This document shows positions 23,804 through 35,890 of a stretch of 64,000 bases of DNA, in pieces. The notes beneath the pieces were generated by a model. That model was not told where the DNA came from and made no database searches. It saw only the letters and a program-made list of their open reading frames with translations. How positions within the stretch are numbered: the stretch's first letter is position 1; the number at the start of each line of letters is the position of its first letter. Origin of the DNA: Octopus bimaculoides (Eukaryota); the NCBI RefSeq assembly GCF_001194135.2, contig NC_068989.1, forward strand, positions 95,930,042-95,994,041. The letters are read 5' to 3'. The position numbers were made by a program, and so were the translations under genes.

Positions 23804-24065
23804 TTAGCAATGGATGTGGTAGCTCTGAAAGTAGAGTAGCTAGAGGGGGGAACTGGTTGGAGAAAGTCCAGGGAGCTACTAACACTGCTAACAACAAAGA
23901 TCTTTCCCTAAGAGTAAAGGGCAGACTGTATGATGTTTGTGTTAGAATTGCAATGCTACATAATAGTGAAACATAGACGTTCAAATGCAGAGGACCTGAG
24001 AAAGCTGGAAAGAAATGAAACAAGCCATGCCCCACTAGATGTGCAATGTAAGTGTGCATGAAAGA
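23804..24065 (+). mobile_element. RTE LINE post-RT fragment, decayed
   Basis: DLSLRVKGRLYDVCVRIAMLHNSET*T resembles the RTE motif K..LY...VR..MLYG.ETW; contains stops. Confidence 0.8.
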
Positions 24066-24135
24066 TGTAGATGTAGGTATGTACATACATGTACGTATAC
24101 ATGCACATACTGACATATTATTTGTATTATATATT

Positions 24136-24174
<39 letters not shown>

Positions 24175-24807
24175 GCACACCCTCTTTTCTTAAACAACTT
24201 GTATAATTTATAAGCAATACTATAAGCCACACTTTGTGTTATAGTTTTATCTTTAAAGAAATATTTTCTTCACCACCAAAAATACATTTTACTCCAAAGA
24301 ACAGGTTTTGTGCGTGTGTGTGTATGTATATCTGTGTGTGTGTATATCTGTGTGTGTGTGTGTATATCTGTGTGTGTGTGTATCTGTGTAAAAATCAATA
24401 GATTTCAAAACATTCTTCATTTTTAGTTATTTATAATTTTTTTTTTTACCGTTTCGTTTTGAATTCTTCTCTACACATGAACATTTCCCTGTAAATACAT
24501 TGATGAATAAAATAGCAATTAGAGATTAAATAGAAACAATTTGGAGAAGATGACCTTAATTAATTGTCAGATGGTTTATTGTCTACAGTGTTTCAAAGGT
24601 TATTCAACAAATATTGCCTTATGATCTTCAGAAAGTAGAACAATTTCACTTTTTTCTTGTTTGTTTCTTCTTCTTTTGCCTGCCACACCACATGGCCTTC
24701 ACTAAGATAACAGCTACCAGCAGAAATTACAAACACTTTTCTTCTTTCATTTCTTGGCATTTGTCTTTATAAGGAACTGTGTGTGTGTGTGTGTGTGTGT
24801 ATACACA

Positions 24808-25245
24808 GGTGTGGCTATGTGGTAAGAAGTTTGCTTACCAATCATATGGTTCCAGGTTCAGTCCCACTGTGTGGCACTTTGGCCAGAAGTCTTCTACTAT
24901 AGCTCTGGGCTGACCAATGTCTTGTGAGTGGATTTGGTAGACAGAAACACGAATAAAACCCTCATGTAAGTTTGTGTATTTGTGTGTGTACGTATGTTTG
25001 TGTCTTCTTGTCTCGACATTGCATAATAGTAAAATTATTGTCACTGACCTACATGTGGTGTCATTCATTTCTAGTTGTCCATAAAAGCATGTCTGGTTGG
25101 TGGTGGGGGGGGGGAGATATTACCTTGTTTACAAAAGGTGAAGGTTGGCAATAGAAAGGGCATCCAACCATAGAAAATTTGCCCCAATAAACTTCATTTG
25201 ATTCATGCAAGCATGGAAAGCTGGACATTAAAATGTAAAGATGAT
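24808..25245 (+). mobile_element. SINE: head + (GT)-rich core + RTE-derived tail (type B)
   Basis: gtggctatgtggtaagaag..ggttccaggttcagtcccactgtgtggcac..; ends catgcaagcatggaaagctggacattaaaatg. Confidence 0.85.
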
Positions 25246-27246
25246 GATATATATATATGCACACACACGCACACACGCACACACGCACACACACACGCAC
25301 ACACACACACACACACACACTTGATTCGTTCTACTTGTGAGTAGCCTTGTAGTGTCTCTACAAGAGCTGCTCTGCCCATCCATTTCTCATACCTTAATTG
25401 GCATAAATCTCTTACCCTCACTTCTCGAAGGCTTACAGGCTGCACAGCAACCTCACTTCTGCCAGTGTTATGAGAAAAGCAATCAGTACACACTGTAAAG
25501 TGCTTGGTGTTAGAAAGGGTGTGCAACTGTTGAAACCAAACCGAAGCAGACACTGCAGCATGACACAGCACATCCTGCCAAACTGCCCAACCGTGGATGC
25601 ATGTGTGTGTGTGTGTGTGTGTGTGTGTATACACCTATATATGTGTATGTACATGTGTGTAAAGGTGCATATTTTTTGTAGGTTAAAAAATGGTAACAGG
25701 TGAAAATTTTGTCAATATAATTCTAAGTCTGCATTGTATATTGACCATGGAAAATAGCCTTATAGTAGGACATATAAGGCTCTGACAGAAAAAAGATATG
25801 GGCATTATATATATATGAGTGTGTGTGTGTGTATACATATATATATGTGTGTGCGTGTGTATATATATATATATATATATANNNNNNNNNNNNNNNNNNN
25901 NNNNNNNNNNNNNNNNNNNNNNNNNNNNNNNNNNNNNNNNNNNNNNNNNNNNNNNNNNNNNNNNNNNNNNNNNNNNNNNNNCACACACACACACACACAC
26001 ACACCATATATGTATATATGAGCATGGAAGAAAGGAAGCATGTTTTATTGCATTTTTTTTCTAAATTCCAAATGACTCATTTGTGAATATTTTTTATGTA
26101 AATTTGCAGGAAATGATTATGTAGGGTTGCAATTTATAATCCATGATACGAATGTCATACATACACTGTTTTTGAACATGATGCCAGTTAAATCAGAGAT
26201 GGCTATTTTATAAACATAAATATAAAGATCAACAAATGTGTGTGTGCATGCATGTCCATGCATGTGAGTATGTGTTTGTATGTATAAGGCTTCCACACAG
26301 TCTCTGTTTAACAAATTCACATCTTAACCACACAGTTATGCTTCAATACATTTTTAACCACACAACTCTGCCTACATCTATTCTTTATACCAACTGTTTT
26401 TTTTCTTTTTTATCTTTGTTCTCTAATATGTAATCTGAAGTCACTCAAAATTGAGATCAAATGATTGTTGAAAGTGTATAATCTCTCTTGTTTTATCTTT
26501 TGGGAAACTATGTGTTTATGAATTATAAAGTTCTTTCCATTTTTATGCTACCATTGAGTTACTTATTTATGGAGATTGCTAACGATAGCAGAATAGAAAA
26601 TTGGTTAAAAATTGCATTTACAAATTTGCCATCTACATAAAAGAAAAACCTGATTATGATATAGATTTTGGGGGGAAAAGGAAAAAAAAAAATAGTTAGA
26701 AAATGTCAAAAAGAAAGAAATTGTATGATAAAACATAGATTTGAAATTAGAAATTCGATTAAGAAAAACAAAATATTTCAAATTATGGTAATCTCTAAAG
26801 TATGAAGCACCAAGAAAGGATAAGTTAATAGAAAAACAAGTTGGTAGGCGAGAAGAGGTGGGGTGTAGGAATCAATATAATTTCAAATATTCCCCTCACA
26901 AAAAATGTTTATTAGGAGAAAATTCTAATTACTTGTCTACAGTTGGTTCAAAAAAAAAAAAAGGAATCAAAAACATAATATAAAAATAAGTAATTTTGGA
27001 ATGAGATTTGAAGTGACACAATGTGATTTAGTGTAGATTGAAAGGTAACAGAACGTAATATGTTGTAGGTAAAATAAAAGAAAAAAAACATGAAATGCTT
27101 GGAATGTGTGTGTGATGTGTGTGCATATGGATAAAGATAGATATGCATTCATATACATATATGTATGCATAGTTTCATGTCTGTGTGGATGGGGTTATAT
27201 GTATATATAATATATATACATATATATATGTATGCATAAAAAATAT

Positions 27247-27304
<58 letters not shown>

Positions 27305-27371
27305 CATATGTATACTATAGATATGTATGTGTATATATTTGCATATGGGATTATATGTATATAGCATATTG

Positions 27372-27535
27372 GCACAGACATGGCTGTGTGGTTTAGAAGT
27401 TCACTTCTCAACCATGTGGTTTCAAGTTCAGTCCCATTGTATAAAACCTTGGGCAAGTGTCTTCTGTTGTAGCTTCTTGACCAACCAAAGCCTATAAGAA
27501 GATTTGCCTGATGGAAACTGAAGGAAGCCTATTGT
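27372..27535 (+). mobile_element. tRNA-derived SINE head
   Basis: atggctgtgtggtttagaag..aaccatgtggtttcaagttcagtccc..ccttgggcaagtgtcttct. Confidence 0.8.
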
Positions 27536-28011
27536 ACATATAAGCATATATGTATGTGCTTGAGTCTCCTCATCTCAACAGTGCATCATAGCTATACAAC
27601 AAGTGTCGCCATCATAGAAGTAATATCTTTTGATTTCCAGAACATATTAGAAACAAACCTATCTAGGTAATGAAGACTGTCACTTTGCTCTGTGACTGTG
27701 TTTGCTTGATGGCAGATGTATGTGACTAACGATGAAACACTGAGACCTGTCCAACCCAGCAACAAAAAGAGGCTTAATATGCTGGTGTGTTTATATATGT
27801 CAATATATATTTGCCAGCCCGGGTCAAACCATCCAACCCATCAGCGTTACAGGTATTTTGGGTCCTTTATTGCAAATAGCTGTTACATGGTAGCAGGGCG
27901 TGCTAGAAATAGCAGCCAAATCTTTGGAGGTGGGATATGTTGAATGCACTTGAAAAATTTATTGTAATGGTATTCTTTTGGGACGATCTTTTGCTTTGAC
28001 TCTCAGAATTG

Positions 28012-28434
28012 TCATCTGGATCAGCTGGTTTTGTTCGTTAATTTCTGTAAAGAAATTTTATTTATTTACTTTTGTTTTAAAATGAAAGAGAGGAGAAAGT
28101 GAAAGATGTTTGAATGTGTGCATGAAACGGATGTGTGTGTGTGTGAGAGAGAGAGTGCCACTTACACATACATGAGGACACACACATTTACTCATTCTCT
28201 CTCTCTCAGACACATGCACACATACATACAAAAAGATGTATGTACATATACATGACAACACACCTCTTCACTCACTCTCCCTCTTTTTTCTCTCTCTCTT
28301 CTGTCTCTCTCTTTCACATACACACATGCATTTCATATACATGTGCATACATCTTTCACTTTCTCCTCTCTTTCACTTTGAAAGAAAAGTAAATAAATGA
28401 AATTTTTTTATAGAAATTAACGAACTCCAGATGA
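28012..28434. repeat. Long inverted repeat (77-bp core, 71/77 match; extends inward through GT/GA vs TC/CA tracts)
   Basis: 28033-28109 aligned by hand to the reverse complement of 28349-28425; outer tcatctgga/tccagatga also pairs. Confidence 0.93.
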
Positions 28435-29654
28435 GAAGCAAGAGATTGCCATTCACTTGAAAATAATTTTTAAAAAACGTTAAAATACTGTCTGTTTAAC
28501 GAAAACTAAAATATAAATATTTACTGAACAAACAACTTACATTTTTGAAATCACATTTAGTTAAAAATATTTCTAAATGATTAAAATATTGTGTACGTGA
28601 AGAAGTCAATGTTTTTTTTTATTTTTGTTGGAGAGCACGAAGACTATGCGTGTGTATATGTCACAGATAGCAGGCATGTGTTTGTGTTGATTGACATGCC
28701 GTTGCATTCATTATATGTGTGTGCATTCTGTATGTGTGTTGACGTCACAGCAGCAATGTTTTCCTTTTTTTGTCAGTAAATAACAGACAAAAATTATGTT
28801 TAATCATTTTCCTTAATAAATAGAGTCCCAACTATCACAAAAATTTGTACTGCTCTGCTATAGGTAAATATGAAAATAAATATGGAAACAAAAATTAAGA
28901 CAAAATATGCTATTTCTGAGATATTTCGGGTACACACAAACATTTCTAGAGTTTTAGTATTATCAAGATATACATGTAAATACATACATACATCTGAATA
29001 TATTGAGAGACGAACACACATACACATATATTTTTTACATGGAGCACATTATTTATTACCTTGAAGTTTTGTGTTGTTTTTATTTCAATCATGGTATATA
29101 AGTGGGTTGCAATTTATGTTTACTTATGTGATGTATGTTGAAAACTGACTAATAAAGTGATGCGTACAACATAATAAACAAAGGCACATGCTTTTGTAAT
29201 GTTACTGTGAGAGAAGAAAGTGTTATGTAGGTCTGTGCATGAGAGATGATATGCAACTATGGGAATCCCAGGTATATTAGGAAATTGATAATTTTCATTA
29301 TGAAGAAAACATAACTAATTAGAAATACCTGATGGATTTATCAGTGATTAAATAAATAAATTACTTTTAGTACAATCGTTTTTGCTTTTGTTTTGATTTA
29401 TCAAAAGAATGAAACTCACCACAAATAAAATACAAAACTATGCAATGTCTTTACAAAGAAGTCAACTTTTCAAGTAATCACTGTCTAAGCTGGAATTTTA
29501 CTAACAATTTTCTTAATATTGATGATGTAAACTAACTTAGTCATAATTGAGAATATTACCAGTTGAAAACAAGGTTCATCTGCTTCTCGTCGTGAGTAAA
29601 CTCTAGCTTTTGACAAAGTCATCTATTTACACACACACACACACGATATTTTTT

Positions 29655-29735
29655 TATTTGTGGGTTAACAAGGCTACCAATGGTTTCATGTGAAGAGCAA
29701 TCACTTAACAATTATCAAACTTCCACATAGTTGGT
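29655..29735. mobile_element. Half copy of the long-TIR MITE at 42 kb
   Basis: ttgtgggttaacaaggctaccaatggtttcatgtgaagagcaatcacttaacaattatcaaacttccacat matches the 42.0/42.2 kb arms. Confidence 0.75.
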
Positions 29736-32700
29736 GCTCATCTCCCTTTTGGATTGGAATGCATGAGGTTACACAAGATCGTATGGAATGAATAAATATA
29801 CAGATCATGAGAGGTAACTTATAAGGAAATCATACTTGTTGTCTCCCTTGCCTTAGCCTGGGATCTTTTGCATCCACTATAGATTGATGAATTCTTTTAT
29901 CATTTCATGTGGGAATGCTCCCTCGGAACTACTCCCCAGCAGGCTTATCAAATCTCTTGGTAGACTACATACCCAATGTGCTATGCAACAAGGTAGAACT
30001 GCAAGGTAGAACCATTCATTCTATGGCTTTTATAGTTTCCACTCAGCTGTTTATGATAATTTCATTCATCTTCGTTTCATTTTATCATTGTTCTTGCTGC
30101 AGTTTTTATTACCCAACTTTTATTTCTGTCACCTTTTTTTGTGTGGTTTTTGGAAAATTCCTCCACTTCAGTTTGGTTGACTTTCAACACTTTTCCTAGA
30201 CTTGTCTTTATCTCTCTCAATAATAACATTTATATTTAAATGAATTAGAATATTTAACTAGAAAATTAAAATATAAAACATCGTTTTTCAAGTTTCCTGA
30301 AAGTAGCAGAGGTTTTGTATATCTGTGATTGGAATCAAATGACTTCAAAATATGACATTCTTTACCATAAATAAATAAATGAAATGAAAAGAAAAGACTA
30401 CAGGAATATGATTACATTAAAATGAATTATTTATAAAATAATATCTCAAGTTATGAGACTGCAACATTTTTCTCATGCCATGAAGAATTTAAAATCTGTA
30501 TCCTCAAATACAAGATAACATTTTTTTGTATTCATTCTTTAAAGTACATTTTATATCAAATAACTTTAGATGTTGTACCAAATGGAATCAAAATTCTTTT
30601 GATAATGAAATAGAAAATGAATTTTTTGATTATTTTAAATGAGAATCAAAACAAAAACAAGGAAAAAAAAGATTTCTCTTCATTTGCTGTTTTATATGTA
30701 AATGAAGGCAGGAGTGGTGGGGCATAGATTCAATAATTTGAGGATTGATTATTGCATTATATTCTATAAGACTACCAATTCCATAGACGTTGCAAGGAAA
30801 TGGTGTGCAGTCTGTTATCTTTGGAGCATCAGAAAAAAACGAAAACAAAGTGCATTCTTTTCTTGTCTCGTGTGTATGTGTGTGCTTGTTTATAGCAACA
30901 AGGCTTACTGATACAAAAGAAATGACTTTATGCTTTAGGAAAGAGTGTGTGTGTGTGTGTGTGTGTGTTTTAATTGGTTGTGTTTACAAGGTTAATTCTG
31001 TTTCAATTAGAAGAGAATCTGATCACAAACTTGATCATAACAAAACAAGAAACTTATGTATTTCATAGGAAGGAGTGGAGACAGTGTTTTGTAGGGAAAC
31101 GGATATTAGTTCAGAGTAGGTAATACAGATACATGGACGGCATACACTGACTGATTAGCACTCCCTGGTTTCAAATACAAACAATAGATTCAGTATAGAA
31201 CCCTACATACAAATAATCAAACATACAGATATGTACACAAACACACGCACATGCACGCGCATGTGCACACACACACACACACACACGCATGCATACATAC
31301 ATATTGATTGAGACAAAATGATTGCCAGATGGACAGACAGTTGCAGAAGAGAGGAAATGGGTGCAAGGCATAGAAGTACTTCTTTGTGACCATTTATAAA
31401 TCTCCTCTGCTCCTCATTAATTTCAGCCAGTTTTTCTTAAAGGATGTAAAACTGCTGCTTTTGTTCAGTGTTTCTCCTCTCAACTTTGCAATTTCACTCC
31501 CTTGGCAAGGTTACCCTTCTGTCAATTTTACTAAGTAATACAGGTCCTGCTAATGCAAACACCAGTCTGTCTCTGGAGTCTATTGGATCATGCATATACA
31601 TTTGTGTGTGTGTGGTGATTGGGGTTGTCTGTGTGTCTATCATTGTTATCATCATCATCCTTTTGCATTCATTTTCCATGCTAGCATATGTTGGGTAGCA
31701 CATGCAAAGTATTAATAAGACACTCAAGGAAGGAAAGAGTGGTTGTTTTACATTTTGAACATAGCTCTTCTTTGGAAACAGGAGACAGAAAAGTCGAAAA
31801 GAAAAGGAAGAAGGAGGAAAAAAAGAAAAGGAATATATATAAATGCATATTTATATGTGTATATATGTATGAAGATAATGATTTGCAGATTCAACAATTT
31901 CATGTTGTGTGAATGCAAATCATTCATTTGGTACAACCTGTAGCCAATAAAGTTTGGAGTTCTCCAAGACTCCATTCATATTTCGATCCTGGCATTTTAA
32001 AACATATCCTGTTTCTGCAATGATAATTGAGTGCAAGGCTGAAAGTACATTCTCTGTCCTGAAATTGTATGTTCCTCGTGAATGTACAAACAGTATTTTC
32101 TATTTTCTGTCTACACATACGTTCGGTTATTGGTTGATGCTTGCTGATTATTCATTGAAAATTGTTTAAGGAATGTGATTTCAAAATTAAAAAGTAGACA
32201 TTGTGCTAAACTAAATCCTGTATTGTTGATTGGTCTGTCATCTCTGTTTGCAACAAAAAATTGGTAATAATATGAATTCTTTGAAGTCGTCTAAAATAAT
32301 GGAAGTAAGAAATTGAAGCAGTTTTGTGTAAACATTTTGTTTTCCTTATTCTTAATTTACAATAGCAAGAGATAAAAAGGAATTTAAATAAATGTAATTT
32401 GCGTGAAGTGACAATATTCAAGTCAAAGATTAGCTCACTGTGAGCAAAAATTTACTCAAACACCTTTGGTAATTTAATTTGTTCCTAACATGTAGCAATT
32501 AGTGATTAATTACTTGGAAACACTTCCATTAACCAGTTAAAAGTTTCAATTATAGTCTCAACTTTTATAAAACCATATATTTTTTAAAAAACAAGCAAAA
32601 AAAACAAGACATGTTTCAGATTTTGAACTATCCTAGTTAATTTCACCATGTTTTTTTTTTATCAATATGTGTGTTTGTGTGTATCATCATCATCATCATC

Positions 32701-33204
32701 AATTTAATTTCCATGCTTGTGTGGCTCTGATAGAATTCATTGAGGTAATAGTATTATGGCCAGTTGCTATTCCTGTTACCAACACTCAGCTGTTTCCAAC
32801 CAAGTGAATAATCCGTTAGTGTATCAAACAGTGAACAGTCCCCTCCAGACATAGTTACATGGTGAGCTGGAAGCAAAATGATGCCATTTGAATAAGCATT
32901 TTGTGTGTGTGTTTGTGTGTGTATAAACACTCACATATACACTTACATATGTCTTAAGTAAGTAAGGAAGGAAGGAAGGAAGGAAGGAGGTGTCTATGAT
33001 TCTTTATAGATTATCTTAGACTACTTTCTGAAGATCTTGCCCAAATGCTTCCAACTCAGTAGACTCTGCTGAGTGAGACATAATCCTTGAATCTATGTCA
33101 AAGGGCAGCAGCTCTGAATAAGAACTAATTCACACCAAAACAATACGTCCAACCTAGACCACCATTCAAACTACTTGCATTATGAGGATGAATATTATGA
33201 TTAT

Positions 33205-33370
33205 GATATTATCAACAATGGCTATTATTGTTGTTGTTATTATCATTATTCCTCTCATCATTTTTGAGTTGAAATAAGTACTAGTTGAGCACTGGGGTTG
33301 ATATAATTCACTTACCCCATGCCCTGAAATTGCTGGCTTTGTGCCAAAATACGAGATTATTATTATTATT
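33205..33370 (+). mobile_element. SINE 3' part with (ATT)n tail
   Basis: aaataagtactagttgagcactggggttgatataattcacttacccc..gtgccaaaa..attattatt; homologous to 48280-48387. Confidence 0.75.
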
Positions 33371-34350
33371 ATTATCATTATTGTTATCATCATCGTTATT
33401 ATTATCATTTAGTGGTGTGTTGTTTCAGCCATCTGACTGCTTTCTAGAAGTGAATTAGTATGAGCTTAATTAAAAATATCTTCCAAAACTGTTTTAAAAC
33501 AGTTTTGCGAGTAAATTTCATTGAATGTCGAGATTATTGTAAACCTACTTTTCAATCCATTCCCCTTGTTTTATCTTTCTAATTTACTCAAATTTAACTT
33601 CCTGCCATGTTTAGCACTGGATATGTTTTATAATAGAATGCAATTAGCTTTCTTTCTTAACATCCTTTCTCATAGAAAAATGAAAAAAAAAAATTACTTG
33701 AAGATTATCTTTTGATGTTTTTTTTGTTAACCCTAGTTTCAGCTATTTATCTATTTTAGTATTACCATTATGAAGTTTACTTCAATAATTCTAGCTTAAA
33801 AGATTAGCATCATTTTCACCGCCATATTCCTGTCGAACATCAAAATCATTGAATATTCTTAGAGATAAAAATGATTTTATAACCAAGTAAATAATAATAA
33901 TAATAATTTATATATATATATATATATATATATACATACATAGAGAAAGAGAGTGAGAGAGAGAGAAGTTTTTTTTTGTTTTTTTTTGTAATGTCTTGCA
34001 AAAGTTTTCCCCAAACTCATTAGAAATACTTACGTATTGATAATCCATAACGCTGTTTACATTAATGTTTATCAATAGTATATGACTTCCATTTTGAAAT
34101 TGATTTTTGGTGTTGTTTTGTCAAACATTTACATGAAATCTTTTGTTCCGTATTGGTTTGTAGAAGGTTAATTTGATAAAGGAGGTGTGGGGGGAAGGAA
34201 TTAAAAAAAAAACGATCTGACAGTGAGGTTAGAAATCAGGGAATGTTTAGAATCATCAATAGTCTTTTTTCTTTCTTTTTTTTAAATTTCATTTTCCCCA
34301 AATACCCGTGTTGCCATAAAAGAAAAGAAAAAGACAAAGAGCAACACATT

Positions 34351-34377
34351 TGAAACTTGTTTAAAAAACAAGTTTCA
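34351..34377. repeat. Perfect 12-bp-stem hairpin
   Basis: TGAAACTTGTTT-aaa-AAACAAGTTTCA. Confidence 0.9.
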
Positions 34378-34672
34378 GTAATATTTCAGACGTTTGCAAA
34401 TGTGGAAAACATTTTATTTTTATTTTTAACCAATAATGAGATATTGAAAGTAAAACAGAATAAAGTAAAAACAGTCTGATTTGATATGCATTAAGAATAT
34501 TATTGTAACAAAAAAATAAATCAGTTGTGATAATTAGTTTAATTAACCAAAGAATTCAATTTGGTGTTATTTAAAATATTAACGACAAAAGCAAAATGCA
34601 ACTAAGTTTCGTTACAAAGACAAGAAAGCTGTCGTATAAATGGCACCATCTTTCCCCATCACATTTCATGTC

Positions 34673-35025
34673 TTTTATTTGTTTCACTCATTGGACTGTG
34701 GCCATGTTGGGGCATCACCTTAAGGAGTTTTAGTCAAATAACTCAACCCCAGGACTCATTAATTTTAAGCCTGGTATTTATTCTGTCAGTACATTTTGTT
34801 GAACCACTAAGTTACAAAGATGTAAACAAACTTACTCCAGTTGTCAAGTGGTGGTGGGACAAACACACATGTGAGGGGCTTCCACGCAGTTTCCACCTAC
34901 TAAATACAATCAGAAGCGATAAGTTGACATGGGGGGAAAAGTAGACAACACTTTCCCAATGTAGCTTGGTGTAGGACTGAACCCAATACCATGTGGTTGC
35001 AAAGTGAACTCCTTAAGCACATAAC
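34673..35025 (-). mobile_element. SINE head + tail type A
   Basis: Same modules as 3765-4155. Confidence 0.8.
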
Positions 35026-35434
35026 CTCCCCAGTCTGTAGGAGGGACAGAACCTGTGGCCTTCAAGGCTGGAGAGAGAATTAAACTCAAGAAGCACCCTC
35101 CTGATCCTGCATCTTGCAGAAATGTTTAGCACCTTGACAGTCTGCTTAATTCCTCTGTTGACACTAAAACCATTAATAACTGGAATATGTTTGGCTTTGT
35201 TTTCATGACTAAGAAAGATTCACTCTCATTTTTGTTTGTTTTTGTTCTGGATATTTAAGTCTAAAATTTAATGTTTATCCTTTCATTTATTTTCATGTCT
35301 ACTTTCCTATGGTAACATGGGTTAGATGGTTATTATATTTAAGGCATTCTTTTCATGGCTGGATGCTGTTCTTGTAACTAATCCTTTCTGGTTGTAAAAG
35401 CAAGAATGTTTTTCTTCCTCTGTATATATAGGGT

Positions 35435-35890
35435 GTTTGGGCTATTTTTGAGGATTTTTTTTTGTCTCAGACAGTGTCTTCATGCCAAAATTCATCCTCA
35501 CAGGGCCTTAGTTTCAATTGAGTTGACTCTGTGGAGCTGCTGTAGACTACAATCAATCTCTGGCTGGAGAGGGTTGTTACAGGAAGGCCATATGTGTTTC
35601 AATAGGATTTGGCTCCTTCACCTGCCTCCAGAATTTCTACAGTTACACTAGCCCCAATTCCTGGCCTCTTAATTCCTCCAATTGTAATGCCATAGATTAC
35701 TATGTGTAGGACATGGTCCAGCTAGAAAGACACTAGCCATTCTGCTTGCAGCAGCACGGCTGAGCTGGTGGCCAAGATCAAAGAGGAGTTTGAAGGTTTT
35801 TCCATTGGATACAGTGAGGAATGAATGCATCAGGTTTGAGAGCTGTCTTGAAGTTGTGGTGGAAGTTGAAGCCAACAACTTTGAGTAAAC
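35435..35890 (+). mobile_element. Tc1/mariner maT (DD37D-like) transposase C-terminal remnant
   Basis: With frameshifts and stops: WLERVVTGRPYVFQ*DLAP..TSPNSWPLNSSNCNAIDYYV*..AELVAKIKEEFEGFPLDTVRNECIRFESCLEVVVEVEANNFE*. This matches the QQD.AP, WPPNSPD.NP.DY.VW and RF..RLE.V.E..G.Y.E motifs. No TIRs found. Confidence 0.78.

Noticed and set aside
25330-25600. ORF 25203-25634 as a host gene
   Set aside because: It overlaps a decayed copy of the RTE-type UTR and microsatellites.
30630-32170. Short ORFs and exon-like patches at 30.7, 31.4-31.6 and 32.0 kb
   Set aside because: Several frames are open on both strands, with no known motif and weak or missing splice sites.
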